A stretch of DNA of 64,000 nt from Bacillota bacterium. GTDB taxonomy: Bacteria > Bacillota > Sulfobacillia > Sulfobacillales > JAIMBI01. Of the stretch, positions 21,653 through 34,032 are shown piece after piece (the first letter of the stretch is position 1; the number at the start of each line of letters is the position of its first letter). The stretch spans positions 447 through 64,446 of the forward strand of contig JAKATP010000003.1 of NCBI GenBank assembly GCA_021818685.1, in the 5' to 3' direction. Under the pieces are notes generated by a model, which searched no databases, was not told the DNA's origin, and saw only the letters and a list, made by a program, of their open reading frames with translations. The position numbers were made by a program, and so were the translations under genes.

Positions 21653-22324
21653 CTAGCGGCCTCCTTCCGCCGCCGGTCGACGCCGAACCGTCCCCGGCAG
21701 GACCTGACCCTTAAAAATCCAGACCTTCACGCCGATGACGCCGTACGTGGTCCGCGCCTCCGCAAACCCGTAGTCAATGTCCGCACGGAGTGTGTGCAGG
21801 GGGATGGAACCCTCCGCCGTCCACTCCCGGCGCGCAATCTCTGCCCCCCCCAAGCGTCCCGCCACGGCCACCTTGATGCCTCGGGCATTGCTGCGCATGG
21901 CGCGCTGAACCGCCTGGCGCATGGCACGCCGGAATGCGATGCGCTTGACCAGCTGGGACGCGATGTTCTCGGCCACCAGCTGCGCATCCACCTCGGGACT
22001 CTTCACCTCGACCACGTTCAGGTTGACCTGCTTTTTGCTCAGGGCTTCGAGATCCTTACGCAGGGCTTCCACCCCGACTCCGCCTTTACCGATGACCATG
22101 CCGGGCTTACCGGTATGGACCGTGATACGAAGACGGTTCGACGCGCCCCGTTCCACCTCGATGCGGCTGATACCCGCGTTAAAATGCTTGCGCTTGATGA
22201 AGGCGCGGATGGCACGGTCCTCCAGAAGGAGGGTGGGCACCGTCTTGCGTGTCCCGAACCACCGTGAATCCCAATCCTTCACGATGCCGAGGCGGAAGCC
22301 CTTCGGGTGAATTTTTTGACCCAT
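21653..22324 (-). CDS. rpsC: 30S ribosomal protein S3
   Basis: 223 aa. [23 protein letters not shown] plus a KH domain. Confidence 0.97.
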   Translation of the reverse strand: MGQKIHPKGFRLGIVKDWDSRWFGTRKTVPTLLLEDRAIRAFIKRKHFNAGISRIEVERGASNRLRITVHTGKPGMVIGKGGVGVEALRKDLEALSKKQVNLNVVEVKSPEVDAQLVAENIASQLVKRIAFRRAMRQAVQRAMRSNARGIKVAVAGRLGGAEIARREWTAEGSIPLHTLRADIDYGFAEARTTYGVIGVKVWIFKGQVLPGTVRRRPAAEGGR

Positions 22325-22342
22325 GTGTCCTCCTCTCGATCC

Positions 22343-22705
22343 CTATCGGTGCCGCTCGCGAAGCACCACCGTGATGTGGCTGGTGCGCTTCAAGATCTGA
22401 AAGACCTGTCCACGCGAGCGGAAGTGCACGCGCTTTAAGGTCGGGCCGCCATCCGCCCAGATGGCGTGTACGTAACAGTCCCGTGCCAGCATGTCATGGT
22501 TGGCCTCGGCGTTAGCCATGGCGCTCCGGAGGAGCTTCTCCACCACTTTCGAGGCACGCTTCGGCGTGTTCTGCAAAATGGCGAGTGCGTCCCCGACGGG
22601 CTTACCCCGGATCAGGTCCACCACGATGCGAACCTTACGTGGGCTGATGCGGATCCCCCGCACGATGGCGCGGGCTTCCGGCACCTCGGGCATCGTCTGT
22701 GCCAT
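22343..22705 (-). CDS. rplV: 50S ribosomal protein L22
   Basis: 120 aa. [34 protein letters not shown]. Confidence 0.96.
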   Translation of the reverse strand: MAQTMPEVPEARAIVRGIRISPRKVRIVVDLIRGKPVGDALAILQNTPKRASKVVEKLLRSAMANAEANHDMLARDCYVHAIWADGGPTLKRVHFRSRGQVFQILKRTSHITVVLRERHR

Positions 22706-22714
22706 GAGCTCCTC

Positions 22715-22999
22715 CTACCTGAGGGCCGTCGACCGCTCGGTGCGATCGCCATGCCCTTTGAACGTCCGCGTGGGCGCGAACTCGCCCAGCTTGTGCCCCA
22801 CCATCTCCTCGGAAATGTAGATGGGGACGTGCTGACGGCCGTTGTGAACTGCCACCGTGTGCCCGACCATGTCCGGAACGATGGTGCTGGCACGCGCCCA
22901 CGTGCGCACGACGCGCTTCTCGTTCTTTTGGTTCATGGCCTCAATCTTCTTCATCAACTTGGGCGCCACATAGGGACCCTTCTTGACAGACCGGCTCAT
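22715..22999 (-). CDS. rpsS: 30S ribosomal protein S19
   Basis: [23 protein letters not shown] 22999 follows GGAGGAGGGGAGAGC. The 34-codon upstream extension in the ORF track overlaps rplB and is rejected. Confidence 0.96.
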   Translation of the reverse strand: MSRSVKKGPYVAPKLMKKIEAMNQKNEKRVVRTWARASTIVPDMVGHTVAVHNGRQHVPIYISEEMVGHKLGEFAPTRTFKGHGDRTERSTALR

Positions 23000-23019
23000 G
23001 CTCTCCCCTCCTCCATGGC

Positions 23020-23847
23020 TTACTTCCGGCGCCGCACGATGAGACGATCTGACCGCTTGTGCTTCTTGCGGGTTCGCACACCGAGCGCCGGTTTGCCCCA
23101 CGGCGTCACCGGATGCTTGCGGCCAATAGGCGACTTGCCCTCGCCTCCCCCGTGGGGATGGTCAACCGGGTTCATCGCCACCCCTCGCACATGGGGCCGG
23201 CGTCCCAGGTTGCGAGACCGGCCGGCCTTGCCCAGGTTGATGTTCTCGTGCTCGACATTGCCCACCTGACCGATCGTGGCCTTGCAGCTGCTGAGCACTC
23301 GCCGAAGCTCACCGCTCGGCAGGCGCAAGAGCGCGTATTTGCCCTCTTTGGCCATCAGCTGTGCCGCGGTGCCGGCCGAGCGAACCATGGCCGCACCCTG
23401 TCCGGGATTGAGCTCGATGTTGTGCACCGTGGTCCCGACCGGCATATCCGACAGCATCATGGCGTTGCCGGGACGAATCTCGGCCCCGGCTCCCGCCTGC
23501 ACCCGGTCGCCCACGCGCAGTCCCACCGGCGCCAAAATGTAGGCTTTCTCGCCATCCTGATATTCGAGGAGCGCGATCCGCGCACTCCGGTTGGGGTCAT
23601 ACTCAAGCGCCAGCACCGTGGCCGGTACGCCTTCCTTGCGCCGCTTGAAGTCGATCCGGCGATAAAGCCGCTTGTGCCCACCACCGCGATGGCGTGTGGT
23701 GATGCGGCCGTAAACGTTTCGGCCACCCGACTTTTTGAGTGGCTCGGTGAGCGACTTCTCGGGCTCCTTCTTCGTGAGCTCCGAAAAGTCCGCCACCGAC
23801 ATGCCCCGCACGCCGGGCGAAGTCGGTTTCAGGTTACGAACCGGCAT
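23020..23847 (-). CDS. rplB: 50S ribosomal protein L2
   Basis: 275 aa. [34 protein letters not shown]. Confidence 0.97.
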   Translation of the reverse strand: MPVRNLKPTSPGVRGMSVADFSELTKKEPEKSLTEPLKKSGGRNVYGRITTRHRGGGHKRLYRRIDFKRRKEGVPATVLALEYDPNRSARIALLEYQDGEKAYILAPVGLRVGDRVQAGAGAEIRPGNAMMLSDMPVGTTVHNIELNPGQGAAMVRSAGTAAQLMAKEGKYALLRLPSGELRRVLSSCKATIGQVGNVEHENINLGKAGRSRNLGRRPHVRGVAMNPVDHPHGGGEGKSPIGRKHPVTPWGKPALGVRTRKKHKRSDRLIVRRRK

Positions 23848-23871
23848 GACACACGTCCTTTCGGCGAAGCC

Positions 23872-24171
23872 TCACTGCTGAAACACTTCGATGGTGTCGC
23901 CCGGCGCCAATGTCACGATGGCTTTCTTGCGGTCGGGCGTCCGGCCCTCGGTGGTGGGGCCCCGACGCGATGTGCGCCGTTTGACCTTGCCCCGCCGCCA
24001 CAGGGTGTTGACCTTCAGCACGCGCACTTTGAAGATCTCCTGCACCGCATACCGGATCTCGTATTTGTTCGCGTCCCGGGCCACCTCGAAGGTGTACTTG
24101 TTCAGCGCCATCGCGTCGGTGCTGGCCTCGGTGATAATGGGCCGAAGAATGATGTCGTAAGGGGATTTCAC
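23872..24171 (-). CDS. rplW: 50S ribosomal protein L23
   Basis: 99 aa. DIILRPIITEASTDAMALNKYTFEVARDANKYEI. Confidence 0.96.
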   Translation of the reverse strand: MKSPYDIILRPIITEASTDAMALNKYTFEVARDANKYEIRYAVQEIFKVRVLKVNTLWRRGKVKRRTSRRGPTTEGRTPDRKKAIVTLAPGDTIEVFQQ

Positions 24172-24794
24172 CGGCCAAACACCTCCTCGATTGCCGCCAC
24201 CGCGTCTTTATCCAGCACGACGTACTGATGCTTTAAGAGCGTGTAGGCGTTAAGCGCCTCGGTGGAGGCCGTCTCCACCCGGGGAAGGTTGCGCGCCGAA
24301 AGCTTCAGATTCTCATTGGCACCCCGGGAAATCAGGAGCGCATTGGGCTCAAGATTCAGGTTCCGGAGCGTATCAGCCACCTGACGGGTCTTGACCTGCG
24401 GGTAGGCGAAGTCCGCCACCACGGTGAGCTCTCCGTCTCGGAGCTTGGCCGACAGGGCTTGGCGGATAGCCGCCTGCCGCATCTTGTGCGGGAGCTTGCC
24501 GGCGTAACTCCGAGGATGCGGCCCGAAGGCGACGCCCCCGTGCCGCCACTGCGGCGCACGGATGCTGCCCTGACGCGCGCGGCCCGTACCCTTCTGCTTC
24601 CAGGGCTTGCGCCCACCGCCGCGGACCATGGCCCGGGTCTTGGTGGAGGCCGTCCCGGCCCGCTGATTCTGTTGGTAAATCACGACGGCCTGATGAAGCA
24701 GGTTGATGTTCACCGGCGCCTCAAATACGCGCGCCGATAAGTCCATCTCCTCCAGCGGCTTGCCGTCGTGTCCGTAGACGGTCACCGTCGGCAT
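24168..24794 (-). CDS. rplD: 50S ribosomal protein L4
   Basis: 208 aa. RGGGRKPWKQKGTGRARQGSIRAPQWRHGG. Confidence 0.97.
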   Translation of the reverse strand: MPTVTVYGHDGKPLEEMDLSARVFEAPVNINLLHQAVVIYQQNQRAGTASTKTRAMVRGGGRKPWKQKGTGRARQGSIRAPQWRHGGVAFGPHPRSYAGKLPHKMRQAAIRQALSAKLRDGELTVVADFAYPQVKTRQVADTLRNLNLEPNALLISRGANENLKLSARNLPRVETASTEALNAYTLLKHQYVVLDKDAVAAIEEVFGR

Positions 24795-24797
24795 CGC

Positions 24798-25475
24798 TCA
24801 GGCCTCCTTCCTAGCGTTCCTAGCGTTTCCGGCGCGTGGGCGCGCCCGGACGGATTCACGCACCATGACCAGGCTCCCCTTGGGCCCCGGAATAGCGCCC
24901 CGTATCATGAGGAGGTTCCGGTCGGCATCCACCCGCTCCACCCGAAGCTTTAAAACCGTGACCCGCCGGTGGCCCATGTGGCCCGGCAGCTTGCGGCCCT
25001 TGAACACCCGGCCGCCGCCGCCCGACATGCGGGCGTTTAGAGAACCCGGACCCCGGTGATACTTGGAACCATGGGTCATCGGTCCCCGGTGAAATCCCCA
25101 CCGGCGGATGGCGCCCTGGAAACCCTTGCCCTTGGAGGTACCGGTCACGTCCACCATGTCGCCCACCGCAAACGCATCTTCAACCCGGTGGAGGCTCCCC
25201 TCCTCGAGGTCGAGCGCCCCCGGGAGCCGGAACTCTCTCAGCCAGCGGACGGGTTCTATCCCGAGTTTTTCAAAGTCCCGTGACTGGGGCCGGCGCACCT
25301 TGTGCGGGCGAATAAAGCCGACACCGAGCTGCGCTGCCGCGTAGCCGTGCTTCTCGGGCGTCCGCTTGCGCACCACCCGGTTGGGCTCGGCCAGGACCAC
25401 CGTGACCGGGACCGCGCGACCTTCGTCGTCGAAGATCTGGGTCATGCCCACCTTTAAGCCAATGATCCCCTTCAT
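24798..25475 (-). CDS. rplC: 50S ribosomal protein L3
   Basis: 225 aa. MKGIIGLKVGMTQIFDDEGRAVPVTV. Confidence 0.97.
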   Translation of the reverse strand: MKGIIGLKVGMTQIFDDEGRAVPVTVVLAEPNRVVRKRTPEKHGYAAAQLGVGFIRPHKVRRPQSRDFEKLGIEPVRWLREFRLPGALDLEEGSLHRVEDAFAVGDMVDVTGTSKGKGFQGAIRRWGFHRGPMTHGSKYHRGPGSLNARMSGGGGRVFKGRKLPGHMGHRRVTVLKLRVERVDADRNLLMIRGAIPGPKGSLVMVRESVRARPRAGNARNARKEA

Positions 25476-25486
25476 GTGTCCTCCGC

Positions 25487-25795
25487 CTACAGCTTGATCT
25501 CGATGTCCACCCCGGCCGGCAAATCCAGACGCATGAGCGCATTCACCGTCTTCTGACTCGGGTCCATGATGTCGATGAGGCGCTTATGAATCCGCCGTTC
25601 GAATTGCTCGCGGATGTCTTTCTCCCCGTTCGGCGCCGTCAGCACCGTGTACACGCGCTTTTCGGTCGGCAGCGGGACCGGTCCGGAGACGGCCGCGCCG
25701 TTGCGGCGTGCCGTCTCCACGATCCGCTGAGCCGATTGATCGAGCAGCTCATGATCATACGCCTTCAGCCGGATCCGGATCTTCTGGTCCGCCAT
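25487..25795 (-). CDS. rpsJ: 30S ribosomal protein S10
   Basis: 102 aa. [25 protein letters not shown]. Confidence 0.97.
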   Translation of the reverse strand: MADQKIRIRLKAYDHELLDQSAQRIVETARRNGAAVSGPVPLPTEKRVYTVLTAPNGEKDIREQFERRIHKRLIDIMDPSQKTVNALMRLDLPAGVDIEIKL

Positions 25796-25808
25796 TAACC
25801 CGTTCCCC

Positions 25809-27011
25809 TCAGGCCTTGATGGCCGTGACCACGCCGGCGCCTACTGTCCGTCCACCCTCGCGGATGGCGAAACGCAGGCCTTCCTCCATGGCAATCGGTG
25901 CGATAAGGTCGATACTCATCTTGATGTTGTCGCCCGGAATGACCATCTCGGTCCCTTCCGGCAGCTGCACCACGCCGGTGACGTCGGTGGTCCGGAAGTA
26001 GAACTGGGGCCGGTAACCGTTGAAGAACGGCGTGTGGCGGCCGCCCTCTTCCTTTGTCAGGACGTACACTTCCGCATCGAACTTCGTGTGCGGCTTGATG
26101 CTGCCTGGCTTGGCCAGCACCTGACCCCGCTCGACGTCCTCTTTGTTGATGCCGCGCAGGAGGCAGCCGATGTTGTCCCCGGCCACCGCCAGATCAAGCG
26201 TCTTACGGAACATCTCCACACCGGTCACGATGCTCTTGTCCGCCTGCTGGTGAAGACCGACGATCTCGATCTCGTCGCCCACTTTGACCTGCCCCCGCTC
26301 CACGCGCCCGGTCACAACCGTGCCGCGCCCGGTGATGGAGTGGGTGTCCTCCACGGGCATCAAGAAGGGCTTGTCAGTGTCGCGCACAGGCGTCGGGATG
26401 TACTCGTCCACGGCGTCCATGAGCTCCCAGATCTTGCCGCACCACTCGCAGTCCCGCTTGCCGCAGCCGCATTCGAGCGCCTTTAGCGCCGAACCCGCGA
26501 CGATGGGAATCTCATCGCCGGGGAACTGATACTGGGTGAGAAGTTCCCGCACCTCAAGCTCGACCAGCTCCATGAGCTCGGGATCGTCGACCATGTCGGC
26601 CTTGTTCAAGAACACGACAATGTTGGGCACGCCCACCTGGCGGGCCAGGAGGATGTGTTCGCGGGTCTGAGGCATCGGGCCGTCGGCCGCCGACACCACC
26701 AGAATCGCGCCGTCCATCTGTGCCGCCCCGGTGATCATGTTCTTCACATAGTCGGCGTGACCGGGACAGTCCACATGGGCGTAGTGCCGCTTGTCGGTCT
26801 CGTACTCCACGTGGGCGGTCGCGATGGTGATGCCGCGCTCCCGCTCCTCAGGCGCCCTGTCGATCTGGTCGTACGCGACGAACTCAGCCTGGCCCGCGTT
26901 GGCCAGAACCCTCGTGATGGCGGCGGTCAGCGTGGTTTTCCCATGGTCCACGTGTCCGATGGTTCCGACGTTCACGTGGGGCTTGGTGCGCTCGTACTTC
27001 TTCTTGGCCAT
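25809..27011 (-). CDS. tuf: Elongation factor Tu, with a Cys4 insertion in domain 1
   Basis: 400 aa. [22 protein letters not shown]. Unusual [11 protein letters not shown] at residues 181-191. Confidence 0.98.
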   Translation of the reverse strand: MAKKKYERTKPHVNVGTIGHVDHGKTTLTAAITRVLANAGQAEFVAYDQIDRAPEERERGITIATAHVEYETDKRHYAHVDCPGHADYVKNMITGAAQMDGAILVVSAADGPMPQTREHILLARQVGVPNIVVFLNKADMVDDPELMELVELEVRELLTQYQFPGDEIPIVAGSALKALECGCGKRDCEWCGKIWELMDAVDEYIPTPVRDTDKPFLMPVEDTHSITGRGTVVTGRVERGQVKVGDEIEIVGLHQQADKSIVTGVEMFRKTLDLAVAGDNIGCLLRGINKEDVERGQVLAKPGSIKPHTKFDAEVYVLTKEEGGRHTPFFNGYRPQFYFRTTDVTGVVQLPEGTEMVIPGDNIKMSIDLIAPIAMEEGLRFAIREGGRTVGAGVVTAIKA

Positions 27012-27057
27012 CTCGGTCCTCCTTAGGATTCCACTCTCACGAAAGCATCCGGCTCCC

Positions 27058-29148
27058 TCAACGGGTGGCCTTGCCGGCCTGGGTTTTCATCACCTGTTCG
27101 GCCACGTGCTTCGGCGTCTCTTCGTAGTGCGCGAATTGCATCGTGTAGGTGCCGCGGCCCTGTGTTCGCGAACGAAGGTCCGTGGCATAGCCGAACATCT
27201 CAGCCAGCGGCACCATCCCGTGAATGGCCTGCACACCACCCGCGCGCGGCTCCATGCCTTCGATGCGGCCGCGCCGCGCGTTCAGATCGCCGATCACGTC
27301 ACCCATGTACTCCTCAGGCACGACGACTTCGACCGACATGATCGGCTCCAGCAGGACCGGTCGTGCCTTGTTCACGGCACTCTTGAAGCCCATCGAGCCG
27401 GCGATTTTAAAAGCCATCTCGCTGGAGTCGACTTCATGGTAGGAGCCGTCGAACAGGGTGGCGCGGACATCGACCATGGGGTAACCCGCCAAGACCCCGG
27501 TGTCCATAGCCTCCCGCACACCGGCCTCGACGGCCGGGATGTACTCGCGAGGCACAACCCCGCCCACGATCTTGTTGACGAACTCAAATCCCTGGCCCGG
27601 CTCCAAGGGTTCCACCCTCATGTAGACGTGACCGTACTGGCCGCGGCCGCCCGTCTGACGGATGAACTTCCCTTCCGCCTCCGCCGTCTGCCGGATGGTC
27701 TCCTTGTACGCCACCTGGGGCCGTCCCACGTTGGCCTGGACCTTGAACTCGCGCAAGAGGCGGTCCACGATGATCTCGAGGTGCAGTTCGCCCATGCCCG
27801 AGATAATGGTCTGACCCGTCTCCTGATCGGTGTGCATGCGAAAGGTCGGGTCTTCCTCCGCCAGCTTGCCGAGCGCCGCGCCCAGCTTGTCCTGGTCCGC
27901 CTTGGTCTTCGGCTCGATGGCCTGTGAAATGACGGGCTCGGGAAACTGCATCGTCTCGAGCAGCACCTGCTGGTTCTCGTCCGCCAGCGTGTCGCCCGTG
28001 CTGGTGTCCTTCAAGCCCACCGCCGCAGCAATGTCGCCCGTATACAGGGTCTCGACTTCCTCCCGGTGGTTGGCATGCATCTGCAGGAGCCGTCCGATCC
28101 GCTCGCGCCGTCCCTTGGTGACGTTGTAGATGTATGAACCGGACGACAGGGTGCCCGAGTAGACCCGGATGAACGCCAGCTTCCCGACGAAGGGATCCGT
28201 CATGATCTTGAAGGCCAGGGCGGAAAACGGCTCCGCATCGTTCGGCTCCCGCATCATGGGTTCCCCGTTCGATGGGTTGGTGCCGCGCACGGCCCCCACG
28301 TCCACCGGAGACGGCAGGTAGTCGACGACGGCGTCGAGGAGCGGCTGCACGCCCTTATTGTGGTACGACGAACCGCACAGCACCGGCACCAGCTTCGACT
28401 GGAGGGTGCCCGCGCGCAGTCCGCGGCGAATCTCCTCCTCGGTGAAGGCTTCACCCTCCAGGAACTTCAGCATGAGATCGTCGTCCGTCTCCGCCACCGC
28501 CTCGATCAATAGCTGGCGACGTTCTTCCGCGAGCTCACGCAGCTCATCGGGAATCTCCTCGTACTCTCCCCGTGTCCCGAGGCTGTCCAGATAGACATAG
28601 GCCTGCATGCGCACAAGATCCACGAGCCCGCAGAACGTATCCTCCACCCCGATGGGCAGCTGGATCGCGACCGGATTCGCTCCGAGGCGCGTCCGGAGCT
28701 GGTTCAGGCTGCCGAGAAAGTCAGCCCCGATGATGTCCATCTTGTTGATGTAAGCGATACGCGGCACCCGATACTTGTCGGCCTGGCGCCACACTGTTTC
28801 CGACTGAGGCTCGACGCCGCCTTTGGCATCAAATACGGCGACCGCGCCGTCCAGCACACGCAGCGAGCGCTCCACCTCCATGGTGAAGTCCACATGGCCG
28901 GGCGTGTCGATAATATTAATCCGGTGATCACGCCACTGGCATGTGGTAGCGGCCGACGTGATGGTGATGCCCCGCTCCTGCTCCTGGGCCATCCAGTCCA
29001 TCACCGCCGTACCTTCATGCACCTCGCCCATCTTGTGCACCCGGCCCGTGTAGAACAGGATGCGCTCGGTGGTCGTGGTCTTGCCCGCATCGATGTGGGC
29101 CATGATCCCAATATTGCGGGTCCGTTCCAGGGGAAACGGCCGAGCCAT
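27058..29148 (-). CDS. fusA: Elongation factor G
   Basis: 696 aa. [27 protein letters not shown]. Confidence 0.98.
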   Translation of the reverse strand: MARPFPLERTRNIGIMAHIDAGKTTTTERILFYTGRVHKMGEVHEGTAVMDWMAQEQERGITITSAATTCQWRDHRINIIDTPGHVDFTMEVERSLRVLDGAVAVFDAKGGVEPQSETVWRQADKYRVPRIAYINKMDIIGADFLGSLNQLRTRLGANPVAIQLPIGVEDTFCGLVDLVRMQAYVYLDSLGTRGEYEEIPDELRELAEERRQLLIEAVAETDDDLMLKFLEGEAFTEEEIRRGLRAGTLQSKLVPVLCGSSYHNKGVQPLLDAVVDYLPSPVDVGAVRGTNPSNGEPMMREPNDAEPFSALAFKIMTDPFVGKLAFIRVYSGTLSSGSYIYNVTKGRRERIGRLLQMHANHREEVETLYTGDIAAAVGLKDTSTGDTLADENQQVLLETMQFPEPVISQAIEPKTKADQDKLGAALGKLAEEDPTFRMHTDQETGQTIISGMGELHLEIIVDRLLREFKVQANVGRPQVAYKETIRQTAEAEGKFIRQTGGRGQYGHVYMRVEPLEPGQGFEFVNKIVGGVVPREYIPAVEAGVREAMDTGVLAGYPMVDVRATLFDGSYHEVDSSEMAFKIAGSMGFKSAVNKARPVLLEPIMSVEVVVPEEYMGDVIGDLNARRGRIEGMEPRAGGVQAIHGMVPLAEMFGYATDLRSRTQGRGTYTMQFAHYEETPKHVAEQVMKTQAGKATR

Positions 29149-29192
29149 GATTCGGGCTCCTTCCCTCTAAACTCCGTCCGGCTCCTCGCGAC

Positions 29193-29663
29193 CTACCAGC
29201 GGTAGTGCGCGAACGCCTTATTGGCTTCCGCCATTCGGTGCGTGTCTTCCTTGCGCTTGACGGCGCCACCGCCGCCCTGACTCGCATCCACGAGCTCACC
29301 CGCCAGTTGCTCTGCCATGCCGCGCTCCCCGCGGTTGCGGGCATACTGCACGAGCCACCGGAGCGCCAGTGCGTTGCGCCGGCTCGGACGCACCTCCATC
29401 GGTACCTGGTAGGTGCTGCCACCGACTCGGCGCGGTCTCACTTCCAGCATCGGGGTGGCGTTCTTCACCGCCTCCTCGAACACTTCGAGCGGGTCCTTGC
29501 CGGTCCGGGACGCCATCTTGTCGAAGGCCTCATAGACCAGGCGCTGGGCGATACTCTTCTTCCCGTCCCACATCACCTTGTTGATCAACTTGGCCACCAA
29601 CGGACTCTGGTAGATGGGGTCCGGGGCCACTTCGCGAACCGTCGCGCTTCCACGCCGGGGCAT
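29193..29663 (-). CDS. rpsG: 30S ribosomal protein S7
   Basis: 156 aa. [31 protein letters not shown]. Confidence 0.97.
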   Translation of the reverse strand: MPRRGSATVREVAPDPIYQSPLVAKLINKVMWDGKKSIAQRLVYEAFDKMASRTGKDPLEVFEEAVKNATPMLEVRPRRVGGSTYQVPMEVRPSRRNALALRWLVQYARNRGERGMAEQLAGELVDASQGGGGAVKRKEDTHRMAEANKAFAHYRW

Positions 29664-29686
29664 CTTGTCGCCTCTTTCCTGAAATC

Positions 29687-30079
29687 CTAGGACCGGGACC
29701 GGCCGCCGGTCGACGCCTTCTTGGCGCCGTACTTGGAACGGCCCTGGGAGCGCTGCGCCACCCCGGCCGTATCAAGCGCCCCGCGGACGATGTGATAACG
29801 ACAACCCGGCAGGTCCCGCACCCGGCCCCCGCGCACCAGCACCACCGAGTGCTCCTGCAGGTTGTGACCGATGCCGGGAATGTAGGCCGTCACTTCTTCC
29901 CCATTGGAGAGCCGCACCCGCGCAACCTTGCGGAGGGCCGAGTTCGGCTTCTTCGGGGTCACAGTCCGGACCGTGATGCACACCCCGCGCTTCTGCGGAT
30001 TCGACCGGAGGGCAGGGGCGGCCGTCTTCTTCTTGGCGCGCTTGCGTCCGTGCCGCACAAGCTGGTTCATCGTCGGCAT
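29687..30079 (-). CDS. rpsL: 30S ribosomal protein S12
   Basis: 130 aa. [34 protein letters not shown]. Confidence 0.97.
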   Translation of the reverse strand: MPTMNQLVRHGRKRAKKKTAAPALRSNPQKRGVCITVRTVTPKKPNSALRKVARVRLSNGEEVTAYIPGIGHNLQEHSVVLVRGGRVRDLPGCRYHIVRGALDTAGVAQRSQGRSKYGAKKASTGGRSRS

Positions 30080-30175
30080 GCGTCTCCTCCTTCAATCCTC
30101 GATCGTGAGTCCGCAATCTTCAGTCGGCTATCATCTCGTAAACGTTCACGGCCAACCGGAGAGCCCTTCAACCCT

Positions 30176-30460
30176 TTAAGGCTGTCGGTCCGCCTGCCGC
30201 TCTGGTGAGCCGGCGTTCGGGTCGGCCAGAACGGCCGCACATGCGGCGCTGACCTGTATGCCGCACGCGCGACCCAGATTGGCCTTCGTATCGAGGTAAC
30301 GGATCGGGACGCCTCGTTCCCCGGCGACCCGCACCACGTCGTCCACAACCTCCGGCTCGGCATCCCGAGCCACAAACACGGCGGCCACCCGCCCCAGCCT
30401 TAGCTCTCTCAGGGACTGCTTGGCGCCGACGACCCGTCCGGCGGGGCGGCGGAGAGCCAT
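30176..30460 (-). CDS. L7Ae-family K-turn-binding ribosome-associated protein (B. subtilis YbxF-like)
   Basis: MALRRPAGRVVGAKQSLRELRLGRVAAVFVARDAEP...LGRACGIQVSAACAAVL. Sits between rpoC and rpsL as in Bacillus. I prefer the internal ATG at 30460 to the ORF-track start at 30505. Confidence 0.8.
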   Translation of the reverse strand: MALRRPAGRVVGAKQSLRELRLGRVAAVFVARDAEPEVVDDVVRVAGERGVPIRYLDTKANLGRACGIQVSAACAAVLADPNAGSPERQADRQP

Positions 30461-30536
30461 GGCGAGAGCGTCACTGCTCACCGGCGCACCCCCGGCGAGA
30501 CACACCAGGAGAGTCTAGCATCGGGACCCGGCGGTG

Positions 30537-33500
30537 TCAATCCGTGCCGACCTCATGCGCGGCTCCCAACTCTGCCTCGTAATAAGCCTGCTCTTCGGGT
30601 CCGAGATCGGCGTATACCGCCACGTTGCGGTAACGCGCCATCCCGGTTCCCGCGGGCACCAGCTTCCCGATGATCACGTTCTCCTTGAGCCCCAGGAGGG
30701 GATCCCGCTTGCCCTTGATGGAGGCTTCGGTCAGAACCCGGGTCGTTTCCTGGAAAGAGGCGGCCGACAGGAACGAGTCGGTGGCCAGGCTGGCTTTCGT
30801 GATACCGAGCATGGACAGCTTGCCGGCCGCCGGCAGGAGCCCCTGTCCGAGCGCCAGCGCGTTCTCGTCCTCAAACTCGAAGCGATCCACGAGCCCACCC
30901 GGCAGGAGTGTGGTGTCGCCCGCGTCTTCGATCTTGATCTTCCGCATCATCTGCCGGACCATGACCTCGATGTGCTTGTCGTTGATGTCCACGCCCTGCA
31001 GCCGGTAGACGCGCTGCACCTCGTGGAGCAGGTAGTCCTGGACGCCGCGCGGACCACGGACCTTCAGGAGGTCATGCGGGTTTACCGATCCTTCGGTCAG
31101 TTCGTCTCCCGCCTCCACCGCGTCACCGTCGTGCACCCGCACCCGTGCGCCGAAGGGGACCGGATACGTTTCCGCCTCGCCGGGGCCCACGGTCACCGTC
31201 ACCTCGCGTCGACCCTTGTTCTCGCCGACGTGCACCGTGCCCGCGACCTCGGTGATGATGGCTTGGCCCTTCGGCTTGCGAGCCTCGAAGAGCTCCTCGA
31301 CCCGCGGAAGACCCTGCGTGATGTCGGCACCGGCCACTCCACCCATGTGGAACGTCCGCATGGTGAGCTGCGTGCCCGGTTCTCCGATGCTCTGGGCGGC
31401 AATGATGCCAACCGCTTCCCCAACCTCCACCAGCGAGCCGGTGGCGAGGTTGCGGCCGTAGCATGCCACGCAGACGCCGAAGCGGGCCTGGCAGGTGAGT
31501 ACCGACCGCACCCGCACCGAGGTGACACCGGCGTCGATGATGGACTGCCCGAGCTCTTCGTCAATCATCTGGTTCGGTCCCACCAAGACGGTCCCTGTCT
31601 CGGGGTGCACCACCGTCTGGGCAGCCAGCCGTCCGACGAGCCGGTCCAGCAGACCCTCAATGAGCTGCCCGCCATCGCGGATCTCGGACACTTCGACGCC
31701 CTCGTGCGTGCCACAGTCCGGCTCCCGGATGATGACATCCTGTGCCACGTCCACGAGCCGCCTGGTAAGGTAACCGGAGTCGGCCGTCCGAAGCGCCGTG
31801 TCGGCGAGCCCCTTGCGGGCCCCGTGGGTGGACGTGAAATACTCCAGCACCGTCAAGCCCTCGCGGAAGTTGGCCCGGATCGGCAACTCGATGATCCGGC
31901 CGGAGGGGTCGGCCATCAAGCCCCGCATGCCGGCCAGCTGCGAGATCTGCTGAATATTTCCGCGCGCCCCGGACGTCGCCATCATGTACACCGGATTGAA
32001 ACGGTCGAGCGTGGCCAGGAGCGCTTCGGTCACCAGTTCCTTAGCTTCGGTCCAGATAGCAATGACCCGTTCGTAGCGCTCCTCCTGGGTGATGAGCCCC
32101 CGGCGATACTGGCGGTCCACCTGCTCAACCTGACGTTCGGCCTGCTCCAGGATCGCCTTCTTCTCCGGCGGCACCACAATATCGCTGATAGAGATCGTGG
32201 TACCGGCACGCGTAGCGTAGGTGAAACCAAGTTCCTTGACCTGGTCCAGGACGTCGGCGGTGAGCCCGTTGCCGAAGTGTCGAAACAGGTCCGACACCAG
32301 ATGGGTGAGCTCCCGGCGGTCCACGACCCGGTCGATGAAGCGGAGTTTCGGCGGCAGCGCCTCATTAAAGAGGAAGCGCCCCAGGGTCGACTGCCGCACC
32401 TCGCCATCGAACCGGAGCGTGATGCGGGCGTGCAGGTCCAAGACCCCGTGCTCGTACGCCATAATGGCCTCGGCCACGTCCGCGAGCACCATACCCTCAC
32501 CCTTCACGTTCTCGCGATCGATGGTGAGGTAGTAAGAGCCGAGCACCATGTCCTGGGTCGGGGTCACCACGGGGCGGCCGTCTTTCGGGTTCAGGATGTT
32601 ATGCGACGACAGCATGAGCACGCGCGCCTCCGACTGCGCCTCGGCCGACAGCGGCACATGCACGGCCATCTGGTCACCGTCGAAGTCAGCGTTGTAGGCG
32701 GTGCAGACAAGCGGGTGGATCTGGATCGCGCGACCCTCCACCAGCACCGGCTCAAACGCCTGAATGCCGAGGCGGTGCAACGTCGGGGCACGGTTCAAGA
32801 GCACCGGGTGCTCCCGGATGACGTCCTCGAGAACGTCCCAGACCTCCGGGCGTACCCGCTCCACCATCCGCTTGGCCGACTTGATATTGTGCGCATACCC
32901 ATCGTTGACAAGCTTCTTCATCACGAACGGCTTGAACAGCTCGAGGGCCATCTCCTTCGGCAATCCGCACTGGTGAAGCTTCAGATTCGGCCCCACCACG
33001 ATCACGGACCGCCCCGAGTAGTCGACCCGCTTTCCGAGCAGGTTCTGACGAAAGCGCCCCTGCTTACCCTTCAACAGGTCTGAGAGCGACTTCAAGGGAC
33101 GGTTTCCGGGTCCGGTCACGGGCCGGCCGCGGCGGCCGTTGTCGATAAGGGCGTCAACCGCTTCCTGCAGCATCCGCTTCTCGTTGCGCACGATAATATC
33201 GGGCGCCCCCAGGTCCAAAAGCCGCTTTAACCGGTTGTTGCGGTTGATGACACGCCGGTAGAGGTCGTTCAGGTCAGAGGTGGCAAAGCGGCCGCCGTCG
33301 AGCTGCACCATCGGGCGCAGGTCGGGCGGGATCACAGGAACCACGTCCAGGATCATCCACTCCGGCCGGTTGCCGGACTGGCGGAAGGCTTCCACCACTT
33401 CCAGACGGCGAATGGCACGAACGCGGCGTTGACCGGACGAGGAGTTCAGCTCCTCGCGCAGCTCCGCCGACATTTCCTCCAGGTCAATCTCCATGAGGAG

Positions 33501-34031
33501 TTCCTTGATGGCCTCCGCACCCATGCCGGCCCGGAAGTACTGCCCGTACTTCTCGCGGTGCTCACGGTACTCCGCCTCCACCAGCAGCTGTTTTTTCATG
33601 AGCGGCGTGGTGCCCGGATCGATTACCACGTAGGACGCGAAGTACAGCACCTTCTCGAGCGACCGCGGAGACATGTCGAGGATGAGCCCCATGCGGGACG
33701 GGATGCCCTTGAAGTACCAGATGTGCGAAACCGGCGCGGCGAGCTCAATGTGGCCCATGCGCTCACGACGCACCTTGGCCCGCGTAACCTCGACGCCGCA
33801 ACGGTCGCACACCACACCCTTGTACCGGACGCGCTTATACTTGCCGCAATGGCATTCCCAGTCCCGGACAGGTCCGAAGATCTTCTCGCAGAAGAGGCCT
33901 TCGCGTTCGGGACGCAAGGTCCGGTAGTTGATCGTCTCCGGCTTCTTGACCTCGCCTTTGGACCATTCCCGGATCTGCTCGGGCGACGCCAAGGCGATCC
34001 GCATCGAGTCGAAGTTATTGACGTCCAACAC
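30537..34031 (-). CDS. rpoC: DNA-directed RNA polymerase subunit beta'
   Basis: Zn-finger [21 protein letters not shown] and catalytic [10 protein letters not shown] place the start at GTG 34031, one nt after the rpoB TAA and 6 nt after GGAGGAG. The 54-codon upstream extension in the ORF track overlaps rpoB. Confidence 0.97.
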   Translation of the reverse strand: MLDVNNFDSMRIALASPEQIREWSKGEVKKPETINYRTLRPEREGLFCEKIFGPVRDWECHCGKYKRVRYKGVVCDRCGVEVTRAKVRRERMGHIELAAPVSHIWYFKGIPSRMGLILDMSPRSLEKVLYFASYVVIDPGTTPLMKKQLLVEAEYREHREKYGQYFRAGMGAEAIKELLMEIDLEEMSAELREELNSSSGQRRVRAIRRLEVVEAFRQSGNRPEWMILDVVPVIPPDLRPMVQLDGGRFATSDLNDLYRRVINRNNRLKRLLDLGAPDIIVRNEKRMLQEAVDALIDNGRRGRPVTGPGNRPLKSLSDLLKGKQGRFRQNLLGKRVDYSGRSVIVVGPNLKLHQCGLPKEMALELFKPFVMKKLVNDGYAHNIKSAKRMVERVRPEVWDVLEDVIREHPVLLNRAPTLHRLGIQAFEPVLVEGRAIQIHPLVCTAYNADFDGDQMAVHVPLSAEAQSEARVLMLSSHNILNPKDGRPVVTPTQDMVLGSYYLTIDRENVKGEGMVLADVAEAIMAYEHGVLDLHARITLRFDGEVRQSTLGRFLFNEALPPKLRFIDRVVDRRELTHLVSDLFRHFGNGLTADVLDQVKELGFTYATRAGTTISISDIVVPPEKKAILEQAERQVEQVDRQYRRGLITQEERYERVIAIWTEAKELVTEALLATLDRFNPVYMMATSGARGNIQQISQLAGMRGLMADPSGRIIELPIRANFREGLTVLEYFTSTHGARKGLADTALRTADSGYLTRRLVDVAQDVIIREPDCGTHEGVEVSEIRDGGQLIEGLLDRLVGRLAAQTVVHPETGTVLVGPNQMIDEELGQSIIDAGVTSVRVRSVLTCQARFGVCVACYGRNLATGSLVEVGEAVGIIAAQSIGEPGTQLTMRTFHMGGVAGADITQGLPRVEELFEARKPKGQAIITEVAGTVHVGENKGRREVTVTVGPGEAETYPVPFGARVRVHDGDAVEAGDELTEGSVNPHDLLKVRGPRGVQDYLLHEVQRVYRLQGVDINDKHIEVMVRQMMRKIKIEDAGDTTLLPGGLVDRFEFEDENALALGQGLLPAAGKLSMLGITKASLATDSFLSAASFQETTRVLTEASIKGKRDPLLGLKENVIIGKLVPAGTGMARYRNVAVYADLGPEEQAYYEAELGAAHEVGTD

Positions 34032-34032
34032 G

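Noticed and set aside
17707-27927. Long plus-strand ORFs inside the ribosomal operons (17707..18726, 19532..20233, 22466..23269, 23059..24228, 26791..27927)
   Set aside because: All are antisense to well-supported ribosomal protein or EF-Tu genes, are low complexity and lack RBSs.
30534-33083. 849-aa plus-strand ORF, the longest non-annotated ORF in the window
   Set aside because: It lies entirely antisense to rpoC. The composition is Arg/His/Leu/Gly-rich with no motifs and no RBS. This is a typical high-GC shadow ORF opposite a highly conserved gene.
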